This document shows, in pieces, positions 61,002 to 63,452 of a DNA stretch of 63,452 nt. Every line of letters starts with the position of its first letter. Positions within the stretch are counted from its first letter, which is position 1. The notes beneath the pieces were generated by a model. It saw nothing but the letters and a program-made list of their open reading frames with translations, was not told where the DNA came from and searched no databases. The translations under genes and the position numbers were made by a program. The DNA is from Gammaproteobacteria bacterium. Its GTDB lineage: Bacteria > Pseudomonadota > Gammaproteobacteria > UWMA-0217. The stretch covers positions 1 through 63,452 of the forward strand of contig JALWKV010000071.1 of NCBI GenBank assembly GCA_027081275.1, given 5' to 3'.

Positions 61002-62144
61002 ATGGGCTCCAGTGACAGGCAGATTCCGCTCGAGGAATTCCGCAGGCTGATCAACACACTTCCCCCGGCGGAGCTTGCCCGCGTCCCGCCCGAGCGTCTC
61101 CCCGACCACATTCCGCTCGACCTCATCGAAAACGCCCCGCCCGACGTGGCCTCCACGATCGAAACCCTCATTTTCCAGCGGCAGTCCAGCGTCATGCACG
61201 ACCTCAACCGCCTGCGGGAAAAACTCGGCTCTGAGGCGGCCACTGCCTACGACATGGCCTCACTGCCACGCATCAGCAGCGACATCCGCAAACTGCTGGA
61301 GCGGCTGCGCGAGATTCAGGGACGGCTGCGCGGAGAGGGTGATGCGACTCTGTCGCCCGAGGAAGCGCTGGACGAGCTGGAGAAGCTGGCGCGCGTCGCC
61401 AATGAGGTCAGAGACTACTATCGCAAGCTGCTGGCGGCACGAAAGTCGCTGCGCAGGGTCGACCACCGCAAGGAGCCGGAGCTGCTGCCCTTTCTGAAAA
61501 AGATCGACAGCAAACTGCGGCGACGTTGCGCGATGCACCGCAAGGTGCTGGATCAATACCATTCGCAGAAACTGCTCGTGACCGTGCAGATCATGCACGA
61601 CTACCGCGAGCGCATCATCGCCGGAGAGGAGGATCGGCGCAATCACGCCAGACGACGTCAGCAGATCGAGCAGCGGCTCGCCGACGTACGGCGCAAGGTT
61701 CGCCAGTTTCCCGCCAACAGCGGCTTTCGCCATCTCGCGGAGCGACTGGATGACGAGCTCAACAGGCTCGATCGCGGGCAGCGCGTGCTGCCGATCCCGC
61801 TGGGCGAGGAAGAACTGGAGCTGTGGCTGGACGTGATCGTCGATCAACGTCTGCTGCGCGATGAGCGGGAGTCGATGCGGCGGCTGCAGCAACGCGCCGA
61901 GTCGCTATACCTTTTTCTGTTGCGCCACTACTACAAGCTGCAATCGGCGCAGCAAGCACCGGCAACGCGGACGACGCGGGACGCCGACCAGCGTGGCGAC
62001 TATGCCAGCCACGCCAGAAACTTTCTCATCGACTATTTTCGCAGCCGCATACGCTCGGGCATCACGCCCTACTGGGTGCCGGAAATCTACCGGCTGGAGA
62101 AATTGCGCAAGCTAGAAAGCGCGCTCACCGAGCTGCACCACTGA
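61002..62144 (+). CDS. coiled-coil hypothetical protein
   Basis: 380-aa ORF with genome-typical codon usage; helical, R/E/L-rich. Confidence 0.75.
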   Translation: MGSSDRQIPLEEFRRLINTLPPAELARVPPERLPDHIPLDLIENAPPDVASTIETLIFQRQSSVMHDLNRLREKLGSEAATAYDMASLPRISSDIRKLLERLREIQGRLRGEGDATLSPEEALDELEKLARVANEVRDYYRKLLAARKSLRRVDHRKEPELLPFLKKIDSKLRRRCAMHRKVLDQYHSQKLLVTVQIMHDYRERIIAGEEDRRNHARRRQQIEQRLADVRRKVRQFPANSGFRHLAERLDDELNRLDRGQRVLPIPLGEEELELWLDVIVDQRLLRDERESMRRLQQRAESLYLFLLRHYYKLQSAQQAPATRTTRDADQRGDYASHARNFLIDYFRSRIRSGITPYWVPEIYRLEKLRKLESALTELHH

Positions 62145-62297
62145 CAGAACCTTGATTTCATACTGACAGAGCGCTCCAGCTCGTCCGGAAATTGAGGACA
62201 ATGACCTTTCCCTTCCACTCGCCGCGCATGTGCCTCGCCGCCCAGCCCTTCCAGCTTGAACGGCTACGGAACTACTCAGGTCATGTAGAAACATGCC

Positions 62298-62352
62298 CGT
62301 CACTACTCAGCGCCCCAGCTCGCTGCCGCGCGCCCATACATAGAAATAACGG
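62298..62352. repeat. ~55-bp direct repeat upstream of mscL
   Basis: CGTCACTACTCAGCGCCCCAGCTCGCTGCCGCGCGCCC.. matches 63327-63381. Confidence 0.8.
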
Positions 62353-62555
62353 CGTCACCACGAAGCACCGTTGTTGAATCCCCCTTTGGGAGGGTGTCGC
62401 AAAACGCCCTCTCCCCCGTGGAATAGGGCTTCGGCAGCACCTTCTGGAAAAGGGGGAAGAAAGCCTCCCTCGAAGGGAGGTTTGGAGGGATGAATGCCTC
62501 AGCGTTGGAGTCGGCAGTAGGTTTTGTCACGTATCCAGGGCACAAGTTACTTGGA

Positions 62556-62712
62556 AGATTGCCCCTGGAATCCGCCAGTTCAAGGCAGAATCGCACCGCC
62601 GTCCATGGCTCCTTGCGAAATACAGTCCATCCATGGACATAAATGTGAGTTTACGAGTGTAAATGACCATTTTCGAACGCAGACATAGCGGATTTCAGGG
62701 GTACGTAGTTAC
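62556..62712. mobile_element. MITE-like dispersed repeat, copy 4 (degenerate ends)
   Basis: AGATTGCCCCTGGAATCCGCC..TTCAGGGGTACGTAGTTAC; core shared with copy 1. Confidence 0.75.
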
Positions 62713-62844
62713 AGCGAAGGTTCATAAAGTTTCACTTTTGCCCCGGCATCTCCGCTCCGGGCTGAACTAAGCTTTGCAGGAGGGCGTTTTCCCAATGCGG
62801 GAAGGCGAACAGAAAAACACCGTCAATCAAGAGGATCCACCGAT

Positions 62845-63312
62845 ATGTTCAAAGAATTCAAGGAATTCGCCATGGGTGGCAACGTCGTCGACATGGCGGT
62901 CGGCATCGTCATCGGCGCCGCATTCGGCACCATCGTCAGCAGCCTCGTGGCCGACATCATCATGCCGCCCATCGGGCTGTTGATGGGCGGCATCGATTTC
63001 GCCAACGTTTTCACCGTGCTGAAGGAAGGCGGCGCACCCGGCCCCTACGCCACGCTCGAGGCGGCGCAGAAGGCCGGCGCCATCACGATCAACTGGGGCA
63101 ACTTCATCAACACCGTCATCAGCTTTCTGATTATCGCCTTCGCCATCTTCATCGTGGTGCGCGGCATCAACCGGATGCGCAAGGCGCAGGAGGAAGCACC
63201 GGCCGAGCCGCCCGCCGAAGAAGTTCTGCTGACCGAACTGCGCGATCTGCTGAAACAGCAGACCCAGTTGCAGGCGCTCGCCATCCGGGAGGCGCGGGAG
63301 CGCGCCGGCTGA
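62845..63312 (+). CDS. mscL: large-conductance mechanosensitive channel
   Basis: [40 protein letters not shown]. Confidence 0.97.
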   Translation: MFKEFKEFAMGGNVVDMAVGIVIGAAFGTIVSSLVADIIMPPIGLLMGGIDFANVFTVLKEGGAPGPYATLEAAQKAGAITINWGNFINTVISFLIIAFAIFIVVRGINRMRKAQEEAPAEPPAEEVLLTELRDLLKQQTQLQALAIREARERAG

Positions 63313-63326
63313 CGGCGTTCACCGCT

Positions 63327-63381
63327 CGTAACTACTCAGCGCCCCAGCCCGCTGCCGCGCGCCCCTACCTGAGAGTAACGG
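63327..63381. repeat. ~55-bp direct repeat downstream of mscL
   Basis: CGTAACTACTCAGCGCCCCAGCCCGCTGCCGCGCGCCC..; begins with the MITE terminal motif. Confidence 0.8.
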
Positions 63382-63452
63382 GATGCGACCATCCAGCAGA
63401 GGCGTTATCGTTGGAAGGCGTGTGAGGGCACAAAGACCGATATAGCATTGGT

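Overview
High-GC gammaproteobacterial chromosome segment, mostly core genes; the SoxW-like and SqrR-like genes hint at a sulfur oxidiser (inference). Gene order: a tRNA-Phe with a 174-bp tandem array downstream (cut by the window edge); yggX-mutY-AsmA; moaC/moaDE; a five-gene polysaccharide cassette; yajL-yibQ-ctpA-envC; ArsR-rhodanese-grxC-trxC-secB-gpsA-trmL; ntrC-ntrB-DUF4124-glnA with clear sigma54 and NtrC sites; CDF and LOG genes; polA-(candidate sRNA)-engB; cytochrome c4-dsbA-EEP; a small orphan/GT4 cluster; a ~13-kb riboswitch-controlled cobalamin uptake and salvage operon; fxsA; SoxW-like-TolC-MFP; several thioredoxin-fold genes; acyl-CoA synthetase; nadA; a coiled-coil orphan; mscL. 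No transposase, integrase, phage gene or CRISPR-Cas was seen. The most interesting signals: (1) the tRNA-derived array, whose units are tRNA 3' halves split by a structured insert; (2) a four-copy ~170-bp element with co-varying terminal stems and CANGGAYG hairpins; (3) a four-hairpin C-rich sRNA candidate between polA and engB; (4) a B12 importer apparently built from BtuB, a BtuG-like beta-propeller lipoprotein and two BtuM paralogs. All family calls come from motif recognition by eye; no database searches were run.
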